Source: Octopus vulgaris (taxonomy: Eukaryota). Taken from it: a stretch of 64,000 nucleotides of DNA. The translations under genes and the position numbers were made by a program. Below are positions 43,470 through 55,879 of the stretch, one piece after another. Below the pieces are notes generated by a model. That model did no database searches. It saw only the letters and a program-made list of their open reading frames with translations, and was not told the DNA's origin. The stretch is from the NCBI GenBank assembly GCA_951406725.2, contig OX597838.1, positions 42,470,001-42,534,000 on the forward strand, written 5' to 3'. Positions within the stretch are counted from its first letter, which is position 1. The number at the start of each line of letters is the position of its first letter.

Positions 43470-46400
43470 CTAGTAAGGTGAGGGTTGGCAACGAGTACAG
43501 TGAAGAATTCCGGGTAGAGGTTGGGGTCCACCAAGGTTCAGTCCTCAGTCCCCTCCTATTTATCATAGTCCTCCAGGCAATAACGGAGGAATTCAAGACA
43601 GGTTGCCCCTGGGAGCTCCTCTATGCTGATGACCTTGCTCTAATTGCTGAGTCACTATCAGAACTGGAGGAGAAGTTTCAGGTGTGGAAACAAGGATTAG
43701 AATCGAAGGGCCTTAGAATCAACCTAGCCAAAACCAAAGTCCTAATAAGTAGAAAGGTAGATCAATCACAAACGCCTTCAGGTAGATGGCCCTGCTCGAT
43801 CTGCAAAAAAGGTGTAGGTAGAAACTCTATAAGATGCACCAAGTGTAAGCTATGGACACATAAGAGGTGCAGCAATGTCAAAGGAAGGCTAACTAGGAAA
43901 ATAGTTTTTGTCTGTGGCAAATGCTCAGGAGCAATAAACACTGGAAATGTGCAGAGACCAACTTCTGCCACGTTCCAGGGAGACAAACTAGAAGTAGTTG
44001 ATAGCTTCCGCTACCTAGGAGACCGAGTCAGTAGCGGGGGTGGGTGTGCTGAAAGTGTAACTGCTAGAGTAAGAATAGCCTGGGCAAAGTTTAGAGAGCT
44101 CTTACCCCTGCTGGTGACAAAAGGCCTCTCGCTCAGAGTAAAAGGCAGACTGTATGATGCATGTGTACGTACAGCCATGCTACATGGTAGTGAAACATGG
44201 GCCGTGACTGCTGAGGATATGCGTAAGCTCGCAAGAAATGAAGCCAGTATGCTCCGATGGATGTGTAATGTCAGTGTTCATAATCGTCAGAGTGTAAGTT
44301 CCTTGAGAGAAAAGTTGAACCTAAGAAGCGTCAGTTGTGGTGTGCAAGAGAGACGGCTGCGCTGGTATGGTCATGTGACGAGAAAGGCTGAAGATAGTTG
44401 TGTGCAAAAGTGCTACACCCTAGCAGTTGAGGGAACCTGTGGAAGAGGTAGACCCAGGAAAACCTGGGACGAGGTGGTGAAGCACGACCTTCAAACTTTA
44501 GGTCTCACTAAGGAAATGTCTAGAGACCGAGACCTATGGAAGTATGCTGTGCGTGAGAAGACCCGGCAAGACTAGTCAGGCCATAACCCGTGGCCCCTAC
44601 CTGGGACGTAGTCAGTCCTCCTGTGCATACCTTCCTTCTTGTGACACTTATGAAGACCTGTTGAGGCAAGTGAAAATCAAATCAAAACAAATCAAAATAG
44701 ATGAACATCAGTGGAATTGTATTCTTTGTGGTACCAGTGCCGGTGGCACACAAGAAAACCACCCAAACGTGGCCGTAGCCAGTACCGCATCGACTGGCCT
44801 CCGTGCTGTGGGCACAACAAACACCATCTGATCGTGGCCGTTCGCCAGCCTCATCTGGCACCTGTGTCGGTGGCACATAAAAACACCATCCGAAGACCCG
44901 GCGACGTAGTCAGTCCACCTGTGCATACCTTCCCTCTTATGACACTTGTGAAGACCTGTTGAGGCAAGTGTGTGACACTTGTGAAGACCTGTTGAGGCAG
45001 AGGCAAGTGTGTGACACTTGTGGAGACCTGTTGAGGCAAGTGTGTGACACGTGTGACACTTGTGAAGACCTGTTGAGGCAAGTGAAAATCAAACCAAATC
45101 AAAATAGATGAACATCAATGGAATTTGTATCTTTGTGGTTCCAGTACCGGTGGCACACAAGAAAACCATCCGAACGTGGCCGTAGCCAGTACCGCATCGA
45201 CTGGCCTCCGTGCTGTGGGCACAACAAACACCATCTGATCGTGGCCGTTCGCCAGCCTCATCTGGCACCTGTGTCGGTGGCACATAAAAACACCATCCGA
45301 AGACCCGGCGACGTAGTCAGTCCACCTGTGCATACCTTCCCTCTTATGACACTTGTGAAGACCTGTTGAGGCAAGTGTGTGACACTTGTGAAGACCTGTT
45401 GAGGCAGAGGCAAGTGTGTGACACTTGTGGAGACCTGTTGAGGCAAGTGTGTGACACGTGTGACACTTGTGAAGACCTGTTGAGGCAAGTGAAAATCAAA
45501 CCAAATCAAAATAGATGAACATCAATGGAATTTGTATCTTTGTGGTTCCAGTACCGGTGGCACACAAAAAACCATCCGATCGTGGCCGTTCGCCAGCCTC
45601 ATCTGGCACCTGTGTCGGTGGCACATAAAAACACCATCCGAAGACCCGGCGACGTAGTCAGTCCACCTGTGCATACCTTCCTACTTATGACACTTGTGAA
45701 GACCTGTTGAGGCAAGTGTGTGACACTTGTGTAGACCTGTTGAGGCAAGTGAAAATCAAATCAAATCAAATCAAACCAAATCAAAATAGATGAACATCAA
45801 TGGAATTTGTATCTTTGTGGTACCAGTACCGGTGGCACACAAGAAAACCATCCGAACGTGGCCGTAGCCAGTACCGCATCGACTGGCCTCTGTGATGTGG
45901 GCACATAACAAACACCATCCGATCGTGGCCGTCCGCCAGCCTCATCTGGCACCTGTGTCGGTGGCACATAAAAACACCAACCGAAGACCCGGCAAGACTA
46001 GTCAGGCCATAACCCGTGGCCCCTACTTGGGATGTAGTCAGTCCACCTGTGCATACCTTCCTTCCTTCTTGTGACACTTGTGAAGACCTGTGAAGACCTG
46101 TTGAGGCAAGTGAAAATCAAATCAAATTAAATCAAAATAGATGAACATCAATGGAATTTGTATCTTTGTGGTACCAGTGCCGGTGGCACACAAGAAAACC
46201 ATCCGAACGTGGCCGTAGCCAGTACCGCATCGACTGGCCTCCGTGCTGTGGGCACGCAACAAACACCATCCGATCGTGGCCGTTCGCCAGCCTCATCTGG
46301 CACCTGTGTCGGTGGCACATAAAAACACCATCCGAAGACCCGGCAAGACTAGTCAGGCCATAACCCGTGGCCCCTACCTGGGACGTAGTCAGTCCACCTG

Positions 46401-46895
46401 TGCATACCTTCCTTCTTGTGACACTTGTGAAGACCTGTTGAGGCAAGTGAAAATCAAATCAAAACAAATCAAAATAGATGAACATCAATGGAATTTGTAT
46501 CTTTGTGGAATGCCGGTGGCACACAAGAAAATCATCCGAACGTGGCCGTAGCCAGTACCGCATAGACTGGCCTCCGTGCTTTGGGGACGTAACAAACACC
46601 ATCCGAGCGTGGCCGTCTGCCAGCCTCGTCTGGCACCTGTGTCGGTGGCACATAAAAACACCATCCGAGCGTGGCCGTTCGCCAGCCTCGTCTGGCACCT
46701 GTGTCGGTGGCACATAAAATCACCCACTACACTCTCGGAGTGGTTGGCGTTAGGAAGGGCATCCAGCTGTAGAAACACTGCCAGATCTGACTGGCCTGGT
46801 GCAGCCTTCGGGCTCCCCAGACCCCAGTTGAACCGTCCAACCCATGCTAGCATGGAAAGCGGACGCTAAATGATGATGATGATGATGATGATGAT
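43470..46895 (+). mobile_element. Young 5'-truncated RTE-clade LINE with uninterrupted RT C-terminal ORF and tandemly amplified 3' UTR
   Basis: About 1.1 kb stop-free frame to 44575 (GVHQGSVLSPLLF, LLYADD, FRYLG, MLHGSETW, RLRWYGHV, GRGRPRKTW). Ends in the RTE-type tail plus (GAT)n. Confidence 0.93.
44557..46720 (+). repeat. Six tandem 335-407 bp copies of the LINE 3' UTR
   Basis: gaagacccggc recurs at about 44557, 44892, 45299, 45640, 45983 and 46334. Confidence 0.92.
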
Positions 46896-47199
46896 ACATA
46901 TCAATATATATATGCGTGTATGCATGAGTGCAAGTGTCTTCTTTATACACACATCTAGTTATCATTTTCATTTAACCTCCCTTTTCTATGTTCGCATGGG
47001 TCAGATGCAATTTATTGAGGCAGATTTTCTGTGGCTAGATGTTAATCCTGTCACCAGCGCTCACCCACTTCTTTTTCCAGCCAAGGGGTTTTTTGAAACC
47101 CAATATTCTACATGCAGTTATTTATAGTGTAGGGATCTGAGACCCAACTGCAAAATTGTCAGTTTGCGATCAGGAGTATTCCACTACAGTTTCATCTGA

Positions 47200-47413
47200 T
47201 TACTCTTTTGCTCTTTTACTTGTTTCAGTCATTTGACTGCGGCCATGCTGGAGCACCGCCTTTAATCGAGCAACTCGATCCCGGGACTTATTCTTTTTGT
47301 AAGCCCAGTACTTATTCTATCAGTCTCTTTTGCCGAACCGCTAAGTAACGGGGACATAAACACACCAGCATCGGTTGTCAAGCAATGCTAGGGGGACAAA
47401 TACAGATGCACAA

Positions 47414-47459
<46 letters not shown>

Positions 47460-47606
47460 GACAGGCTTCTTTCAGTTTCCGTCTACCAAATCCACTCACA
47501 AGGCTTTGGTCGGCCCGAGGCTATAGTAGAAGACACTTGCCCAAGGTGCCACGCAGTGGGACTGAACCCGGTACCATGTGGTTGGTAAACAAGCTACTTA
47601 CCACAC
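47200..47606 (-). mobile_element. SINE family A copy (well preserved, CpG-rich)
   Basis: Reverse complement of the 40885-41272 copy. Confidence 0.9.
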
Positions 47607-48097
47607 AAAAAGCAACCAATCAGTATGAAGTTGTGGCATGGATGGCTTCTTGAATATTCTAGAAATTTGTGCCCTTTTACCCTAGTTAAACAGTTTGGTG
47701 CTGAAATCACGGCAGACTGCAGTTAGCCTTCTGGCAAGAGAGAGGTCTCAGTGGACCACAGTTATCCTTCAAACAAGACACATTGTGGTTCTCTTCTCCA
47801 AGCTTCTACAATGTGCAATAATTATTGTATCTGCATTTCTCTTCAAGATAGCTAATGTCTAAGTCAACACAGTTAATCTATTCCTACTTATTATTCTGGT
47901 AACCAGTGAATCTATGATAATTTATACACACAGTTTTCTATCAATAAAATATGGTTGGACGTTTGTGAGTTACCTTTATTTATAATACATGCAGCCAGCC
48001 AAAACTCACAACATGGTGACCACAAACACACAAGCTCACAACACTATCTATTTCAAATTCCATCATTATAAATAATATATATATGCATACATACGAC

Positions 48098-48386
48098 TGA
48101 TGCCAGTGCCGCCTGACTGGCACTTGTGTTGGTGATGTGTAAAAAGCATCATTCAAACATGGCTGGTGCCAGTGCCACCTGACTGGCTCCTGTGCCAGTG
48201 GCACATAAAAACCACCCTCTATACTCTTGGAGTGGTTGATGTTAGGAAGGGCATCCATCTGTAGAAACCTTGCCACATCAGATTGGTGCCTGGGTGCAGC
48301 CTCACAGCTTGCCAGTACTCAGTCAAACCATCTACTCCATGCCTGTATGGAAAGCAGATGTTAAACAATGATGATCATGATGATGA

Positions 48387-48388
<2 letters not shown>
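48098..48388 (+). mobile_element. RTE 3' tail copy
   Basis: gtggttgatgttaggaagggcatccatctgtagaaacc plus (GAT)n. Further copies at 48790-49012, ~53900-54140 and ~57380-57678. Confidence 0.8.
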
Positions 48389-48421
<33 letters not shown>

Positions 48422-48515
48422 CATTAGCAATGATATAGATATTTCTTGGGCACAAATTTTAATTTGATTTTTGCTTAAATGTCTTATTTAATTATCTACT
48501 TTTGTTATTATTCAG

Positions 48516-48659
48516 GTTCTTACCCAGCATGCAAGTTGATTGTTGAGTTAGCAGGTCAGAGTGTTGTCCATGACCAAGATAATTGCGAAAGGACAGCATT
48601 GCATTTGGCCACCCTTGGTGGACATGGTAATGTCTTGAATTTTCTCTTAGAAAATGGAG
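48516..48659 (+). CDS. Ankyrin-repeat protein, exon D
   Basis: Acceptor tttgttattattcag|, donor GAG|gtgagt. (G)SYPACKLIVELAGQSVVHDQDNCERTALHLATLGGHGNVLNFLLENG is a canonical ankyrin repeat. Phase 1/1. Confidence 0.93.
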
Positions 48660-49150
48660 GTGAGTTAAATGATATCACTGGACATAGATCTCATAAAACC
48701 ATGAACGGTTTATTGCCCAATTTCATTGTATTTCAGTTGATTCTCTGAATAAATATTTTCCCTGACAGACTGAATATATATTCTTTCCTTTCGAGTGTTG
48801 GGCCTCACGGAGGCAATGACCAAGACTTTTTGCATTATGTTATGCTTGAAAAGAAGATCCATCAAGCCAAGTAAAATCACAGTCATGGCAGATACCAGTG
48901 TAGTGCAAATGGCACCCATGCTGGTTGCACATAAAAGCACCCGTTACACTCTTGGAGTGGTTGGCGTTAGGAAGGGCATCCAGCTGTAGTAAACCATGCC
49001 AAATCAGACTGTCAGGGGAAACAGATGAACTTGGGATACCCAATGCTGTGTTCCAATTAACTGTGATGGTGAAATGTACATAGGAACTAAATATTTATAC
49101 TGATGTTTATCTTAATTTCCACTATATATGTGTGTGTATGTGTGTGTGCA

Positions 49151-49183
<33 letters not shown>

Positions 49184-49695
49184 ATGTATGTATGAATGAT
49201 AGACTTCTTTTAGTTTTCATCTACCAAATCCACTGGTAGCTTGGTTGACTTAGGGCAATAGCAGAAGGTGTTACACAGTAAGACTGAACCCAGAACAATG
49301 ATTGGGAAGTAAGCTTCTTGCCTTATAACGATGCTTATGCCACATCTCTGTATAAGGATTAAAAGTTTGAAATAATTTTAAATACAGGAACAAAGAAGAT
49401 GATGCAAAGGATAGGAATTTGCTTTGTTTTTTGCTTTTTTTGGGGTTTTTTTTTGTGCTTATTACAAAGATCTTGAAGTTTCTAAGTTTTGGTAATCATG
49501 TTCAGTGGCATTTCATTCCTGTTAGAAACTGTCAGCATAACATAACGAGAGATAAATAAATTAAACTAAATTGAACATTTTATGAATTATAGATGGAAAA
49601 TAGTCCCAGTCTGAAAGACATTCATAGAATGTGTGTCTTTCAAGGTTTCTTTTTTCCCAAAACTGAAAACTTGAAATCTATTATTTCTGTTACAG

Positions 49696-50234
49696 CCAAC
49701 ATTGAAGTCCGCGACCAGTTCCAGGCAACTGCGTGGGATTACGCCAGCAACAAACAGCTGCACTATTGTCAATTGATCATTAAGTCTCACATGCATCAGT
49801 CACTCCAGGTCGGACTCAAAGCATCCAACAGTAACAACTTGTGGCAGAAGAATCCAGGTAATCGCCTCAACGACCAGTTATTGACTATCAACGAACAGAT
49901 GCATTGTAACACCAATAATAACAACAACGTCAATACCATCACCACCACTGCCATTACTGCTACCACAACTTCCCCCATTGCCGCAACTACTACTACCACC
50001 ACCACCACCAATGTTATTAAAACTAATCACCAAAATACGATGAGACACGACTCTAGAAGAAGCACTGAGTGTAGTAGTGATGAGGGGGGCATTGAGAACA
50101 ACAACAACAACAACAACAGCCAACATGTTGTAATGAACAATAACAACAATAACTACAGCAATACGATTAGAAGAGGCTTAAGAAACAGAAGTGCCTCCTT
50201 TCAACACAGAGGAGAAAGCAATGTGCCGTCAAAG
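49696..50234 (+). CDS. Ankyrin-repeat protein, exon E (last ankyrin repeat plus Asn/Thr-rich low-complexity region)
   Basis: Acceptor ttatttctgttacag|. (A)NIEVRDQFQATAWDYASNKQLHYCQLII completes the repeat. Donor AAG|gtgagc (phase 0) is compatible with exon F. The reading frame also runs on to a stop at 50303. Confidence 0.85.
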
Positions 50235-52500
50235 GTGAGCTCACCCCCAACCATTTACACTTCCCACTTGAGTCTTGAAGAGACACAGGATGTTCTTTTT
50301 TAATGAATTTCTTTTGTATATTTGTTCACTTCTTTTTGTTTGTGTGTGTGTGTGTGTGTGCGTGCGGGCGGGCGGGCGGGCGGGCGGGCAGGCGGGCGGG
50401 TGGGTGGGTTTGTAGTAGGATCTCTAAACTTTGCCACAATGGTCAGAGCCAGTTGAGATTTGTTGCAAAACCAATTGCCTGATAGTTTATATCTCATTCT
50501 TGCACTAAACTTTATTAAGAATAATAAGCACTTTAGCTTTGCTTGATTTGGTCCATCCAGCTGTGGATAAGAACCATGGTGAGGTACATGGTGAGGTCAT
50601 TACAAAGTCACAGTACAATCAACAAATGTTTAGTTAGTTTTAACTAATTTTCTGAGATTAAATGGATGAGAGGTAAACTTCCCTTGAAAATCTACACAGG
50701 TATCAATCATAAATAATCTATCTGATACCTATTCAAAATATCTAAGTAAACTGAGGTATTTAGACTTATGTCCAAATGCATTATGAAGCACTTACAGCAA
50801 AATTGACCTCCAAACATCTCAACTGATCAAACAATATCTTAGTCACTCAGCAAATCAATTTCTTCCAACTTACAAAGATCAGCTCAAATCCACTAAAAAT
50901 ACTTGTATAAAATATTTTATGCCTGCATAACAGTGTCTCTTGTGGCATCAACCCCTGGTGGATAAGAAGTAAGGTAGATTCTAATAGGATTTAAACTGAG
51001 AGGCCTTTCACCTGGTGTTTTCCCATTTCTTCCAATCCACTTTCCTGTGTCAAGCCCATTTTATAACCAGCAAGAGGGTTTAGCAGAAGACACACACTGG
51101 ACTTAATTTCTTACAGTTTTTCTAGTTTCCCTGATTCTATGAACTCAGGCACAACTATGTGCTTAACATAATTACTTTCTAATCATGTAGTTTTGTGTAC
51201 AATCCCACTAAATAACATATTGCTGCCATCGTTTCTAGTTAATTAAAAGAGTTGTGAGGGAAATTGGGTAGATGGAAGCTTGCTGGATGGGTATGTCTGT
51301 TCTTGATTTGGTTTGTAGATTTAATCATCCTTTGGTTTAAGAACATCATCTGGCCCCTGGGGGGCTTTGATGGAGGAAGGATGAAAATCTCAAGAACATT
51401 CTGTTACATGCAGATTGTAATATCAACCATTGAGTTGTATTCACTTTTTTAAAATCCATTTTTCAATGAAGTTTGGCAGATATATTACAACCAGATATTT
51501 GCCATTTGGTGGGTATCCATCACATCAAAATAATATCAGATTTAATCACAGAGAACACCAAGCATTTGAATTATTAATACAGTATTTTAATATTCAATCT
51601 CGACACAGAATCACTATCCCAGATAATTAACCCTCTCTCTACAAAATCACGTTATGTACATTCTAAATTGATTACAAAGGGAAAAGACTATCTGCCTAAC
51701 AGGCAAGCCTTAATTCATTAAGGCTCTTCAACTACCAAGTCGTGGCCATTCCCCACTACTTCTAAAACTATTACTAGCTCACTGCTCACTGGACTCAAAA
51801 ATGATTAGGAATAACAAATGCAATGCTTGATGCAGCAGAAACTCAGAAGTGAAAAGCAGGCAGCCTCTGGTGGCATGCATACATCCGGGGAGTTATCTCA
51901 GCTGTGCCTCACTCTCACCTGCCAGACCTGTTTTCCACTGGATAGTCCAGTCAGAAAAGAAATGACAATATCAAAATATACAGAACATTTAGTTCCTATC
52001 ACTAGACATGATATATTATCACCAGTTATTACCGTAGGTGTTGACTGATCACAATGTGAGGCACTGATTCGTATTCCCCCATTGCTGCTACCTAAACTCT
52101 TCGCTGGTTTACTCAGAGCTACTTGCTCGTAAATCTCAATTTCAGTTCAATTCAACTGCAAGTGTCTTGTGTTTTATGTGAGTACATTTAAAAGTATAGG
52201 CTTCTATTAGGCGTGGCCATCCCATCTGATTAACTCTTCCTATTATGAGATGGACAGGTTATCAGTAGTATTTTGCTTGCTTAACACTATGAAACTAAAA
52301 CAAAGCAATTATCCTTAAAGCTCATTAGGTTACATTTAGAAACATTTTTCTTTTTCTTTTTTTTTTTTTTTCATATTCAGTAGTTATCTCTATTGTCTGA
52401 AAAATTCTATGAATGCTGCACTGACAGTTCCTATAAACTTATTACCTTTGTTTATTGACGTTGTGCTAAATTTTCATTCCTTTTGCCCATTTCATTTTAG

Positions 52501-52650
52501 CTTGAAAATGAAAGATCTCTACAGTCTGTGATCTGTCCACCAAAAAAACCAAGAAACCGGCACTTTTTAACAGCTGGCAACATTCAGCAGTTCAATCCAC
52601 ATAGTTCCATATCACCTCCTTTGACCAACACTGATAATGTTTCAGATGAG
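52501..52650 (+). CDS. Ankyrin-repeat protein, exon F
   Basis: Acceptor cccatttcattttag|, donor GAG|gtagtt. 150 nt open frame LENERSLQSVICPPKKPRNRHFLTAGNIQQFNPHSSISPPLTNTDNVSDE. Phase 0/0. Confidence 0.7.
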
Positions 52651-52711
52651 GTAGTTCTTAACAGATTTCCTTTTTGAATTGCATAAAATTGCTTTGAATG
52701 AGTATTCCAAC

Positions 52712-53075
52712 AGGCATGCCTGTGAGGTTATGCAGCTTGGTTTCAAACCACAAAGCTTTCGATTCAGTCACATTGAACAGCACTTTGACCAAGTATGTTC
52801 TATTATAGCCCTGGACAGAATAATGGCTTGTGAGTGAATTTGATCAATGAAAACTATAAAAACCTGTGGAGTGTGCATGTGTGTGTGTGTTCCCTGATAC
52901 TGCTTGATCAGCAGTATTGGTTTCTTTACTTGCCTATAACTTAGCAATTCAGCAAAAGAGACAGATAGAATAAGTATGAGACTTGAAAAATAAGTGCTGG
53001 AGTTGGATTTTTGACTAAAGCCTTCAAGTCAGTACCCCCAACATGGCCAGTGACTGAAACAAGTAAGAGATGAAA
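52712..53075 (+). mobile_element. SINE family A copy (degenerate)
   Basis: Head and tail motifs are recognisable. Confidence 0.7.
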
Positions 53076-53608
53076 GATCTCTGGGGGCAGATGGATTCAG
53101 TCTTTAAAGCTCTGATATCATAATACAGATGAAACTGGTGGATTATAAATAAAGATCTAATAAGCAACTCATCCAGTTTCCACGGCTGCTGGCAATCCAC
53201 CGACCCGTTATTCATTGCCTGTTATTAGCTTATCTTTGGTAACTCTTGTATTCTTGTGTTCCTGGGATTAGAGTGAAAGCCTTGAGACTAATAAAGAAAG
53301 TTTGCCATGAGTGTCACCAGACGGTATATGTTGACAAGATTTGGATGATTGTCTATGTTGGCAAGACTTAGTTAAAGGTCTATGATGATAAGACTTTGGT
53401 CTCTTGAAAGAATAAAGAGACAAATATTTTGGGTAATGCTCTTTATCAGGGAAGACCATTTTCTTACCTGATAAAGGACAATGACAAAATGTTAGTTGCG
53501 TCTTCATCTTGTGATTGGTTGAGTCTAATGACTCCTTTTATAACTTACAGCATCCACATATAACAGAATTTAACAAAATAGTATCAGAAATAACCCTAAT
53601 ACCTCATC

Positions 53609-53866
53609 ACCTTCTTCTTCTTCTTCTTCTTCTTCTTCTTCTTCTTCTTCTTCTTCTTCTTCTTCTTCTTCTTCTTCTTCTTCTTCTTCTTCTTCTTCTT
53701 CTTCTTCTTCTTCTTCTTCTTCTTCTCTTCTTCTTCTCTTCTTCTTCTCTTCTTCTTCTCTTCTTCTTCTTCTTCTTCTTCTTCTTCTTCTTCTTCTTCT
53801 TCTCCTCCTCCTCCTCCTCCTCCTCCTCCTCCTCACCCTCTTCTCCTTCTCCTCCTCCTCCTCCTC
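53609..53866. repeat. (CTT)n/(CCT)n microsatellite
   Basis: Directly visible polypyrimidine tract. Confidence 0.98.
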
Positions 53867-55879
53867 TGTTGCAAAAGCCATATATCCTCTCTATAGCAAG
53901 ACACTTGTCCCTGTTCCTCAACCTCATTCTTGCTTCTCAACACCTGGCATCGAGCCACTTCCCTGAATACCACCCTCACACACACTCACACCACTCTGTT
54001 GAGGAGTCTTGGTGGCCTCACTAGTGCTGGTGACATGGAAAAGCACCAAGTATTTTTTGTGAAGTGGTTGGCGTTAGGAAGGGCATCTAGCCATAGAAAC
54101 CATACCAAAGCAGATCCTGTCAAACTACCCAACTCATGGAAGCAGTAGCCGTATGGAGGCATGCACTGCTTGTTGGTGGTTCCCATCTACTCCTGATGGA
54201 CAACACCTTTGCACTGCTCAGGTGACAATGCTCCAATCCATGGGTCTGTTTTTTGGGGGTAGTCTTTGCTGGTGAGGGTTTTAATGAGGTCAACCTCACT
54301 TAGTCATCTTTTATGACACACAGAGGAAACATTGGGTCTATTCTTTGACATGCTTGTCCCCGCACAGCACTAGAACAATGGGAAATCAAGAAGTGTTTTG
54401 CTCAAGAACACAACAGGCTACCCAGTCCAGGAATCGAACCCACAATCTGGCCGTTGTGTGTGCAACATCCTAACATTAGATCATGTGCTTTCCAGCATAG
54501 ATGATGGATACTAAATGATGAGAATGATGATGATGATGATGATGACAACAACTATGATAATGATGATGATGATGAAGTGGAGGAGGATGACGACGATGAT
54601 GACGACAACGATGGCAATAACAGTGATGATGATGATGATGAACCATAACATGTGAGGACGACAGTTGTAGATTAGAAACATTTTATGTTCGTAGACAAGA
54701 ATGTCTGTCAGTATAAGATGTACCATCATGACAGAGCAGCAGCAGCAGCAGCAGCAATGAAAGCAGTGATCATTTTACTTTTATGATACAAAATTGATGC
54801 ATTTTTGAAGGTGAAATGGTAAGGTCAAAAGACACAGGGAAATTGGTCTTTATTTAATTGTACGTTTGAATTCCAAGTTTTAAATTAACATTTTTATAAG
54901 GAATTGGAAATCATTTACTTTTTCATCATCATTATTTTACATTTGCTTTTCTATGATAGTATGGGTTGGACAGGTCTTAATTATCAAAAACTTTCCTTAT
55001 TTGGAGCTGTTGCCACCTCAGATAGGTTGGGTACCACATCTTAACCGTATGGTCCATTTTTTGTTGCTGGATGCTCTGCCTATTTCTTTCCATATTTAGT
55101 AATTATTAATATTTGTAATTTCAGTCTTGATAGACACTATCTTCTGTGACTACCCTGGCACTTACATATATCCACACAATTTGCAGACTGGAGACATTTC
55201 AGCCATTGATTAAGATGTAGATGGTGACAAGGTGTCTATGACTGTAACCTTCCTGTCTGTATTGGTTGTGGTCAGCAACATTTAGACTCATTAGATAAGT
55301 GCAACTATTGTTCATAATGGTGATGATGATGATGTCATCAGTGATGGCAGCATCATTGGCAGCAGCAGCAGCAGTGTCATCTTTGTCGTCATTGTTGTCT
55401 ATCAATTGAAATTTCTGAGGATGTTCACCTAATTTGCCCATATCATCAATATGTCACATTGAATGTGAGCCACTCTAAGGAAAATTCAAAGTATTGTTAG
55501 TTTCTACAGCATTTTTGAAATTGCTGCAACTTGGAAATTATGTCTGCCTAAGATTTTATCTTCCCACATGAGCTTTTGTCATCAGCACTGCATGGTGTGC
55601 TAAAGGAATCTTCAATTATGCAAAACTCTTGCCACCTACAGTAATAAACTGCACCTCCACCCGCTGAGTATGCATTCTAGTGGGAGCTAGTTATTATTTC
55701 AATCTTCATCATATTGCTTCTTAACTGTTTGTAGGGACACCATATTTTGTGCCCTGTGCTATTTACATCTCAATTTTAAAGTTATCTATACAGATTTTCT
55801 ATAGAAATTAGCACTGATTTTTTATATTTCATATACAAATATGTCTATGTAAACAATATGATAATAATAATAATAATAA

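Noticed and set aside
44557-46720. CRISPR-like repeat/spacer appearance and many repeated short ORFs
   Set aside because: The spacers are themselves repeated, the units are copies of a LINE 3' UTR, the context is eukaryotic, and there are no cas genes.
53515-54024. Poly-Leu/Glu/Arg ORFs (also 63186-63682)
   Set aside because: (CTT)n microsatellite artefacts.
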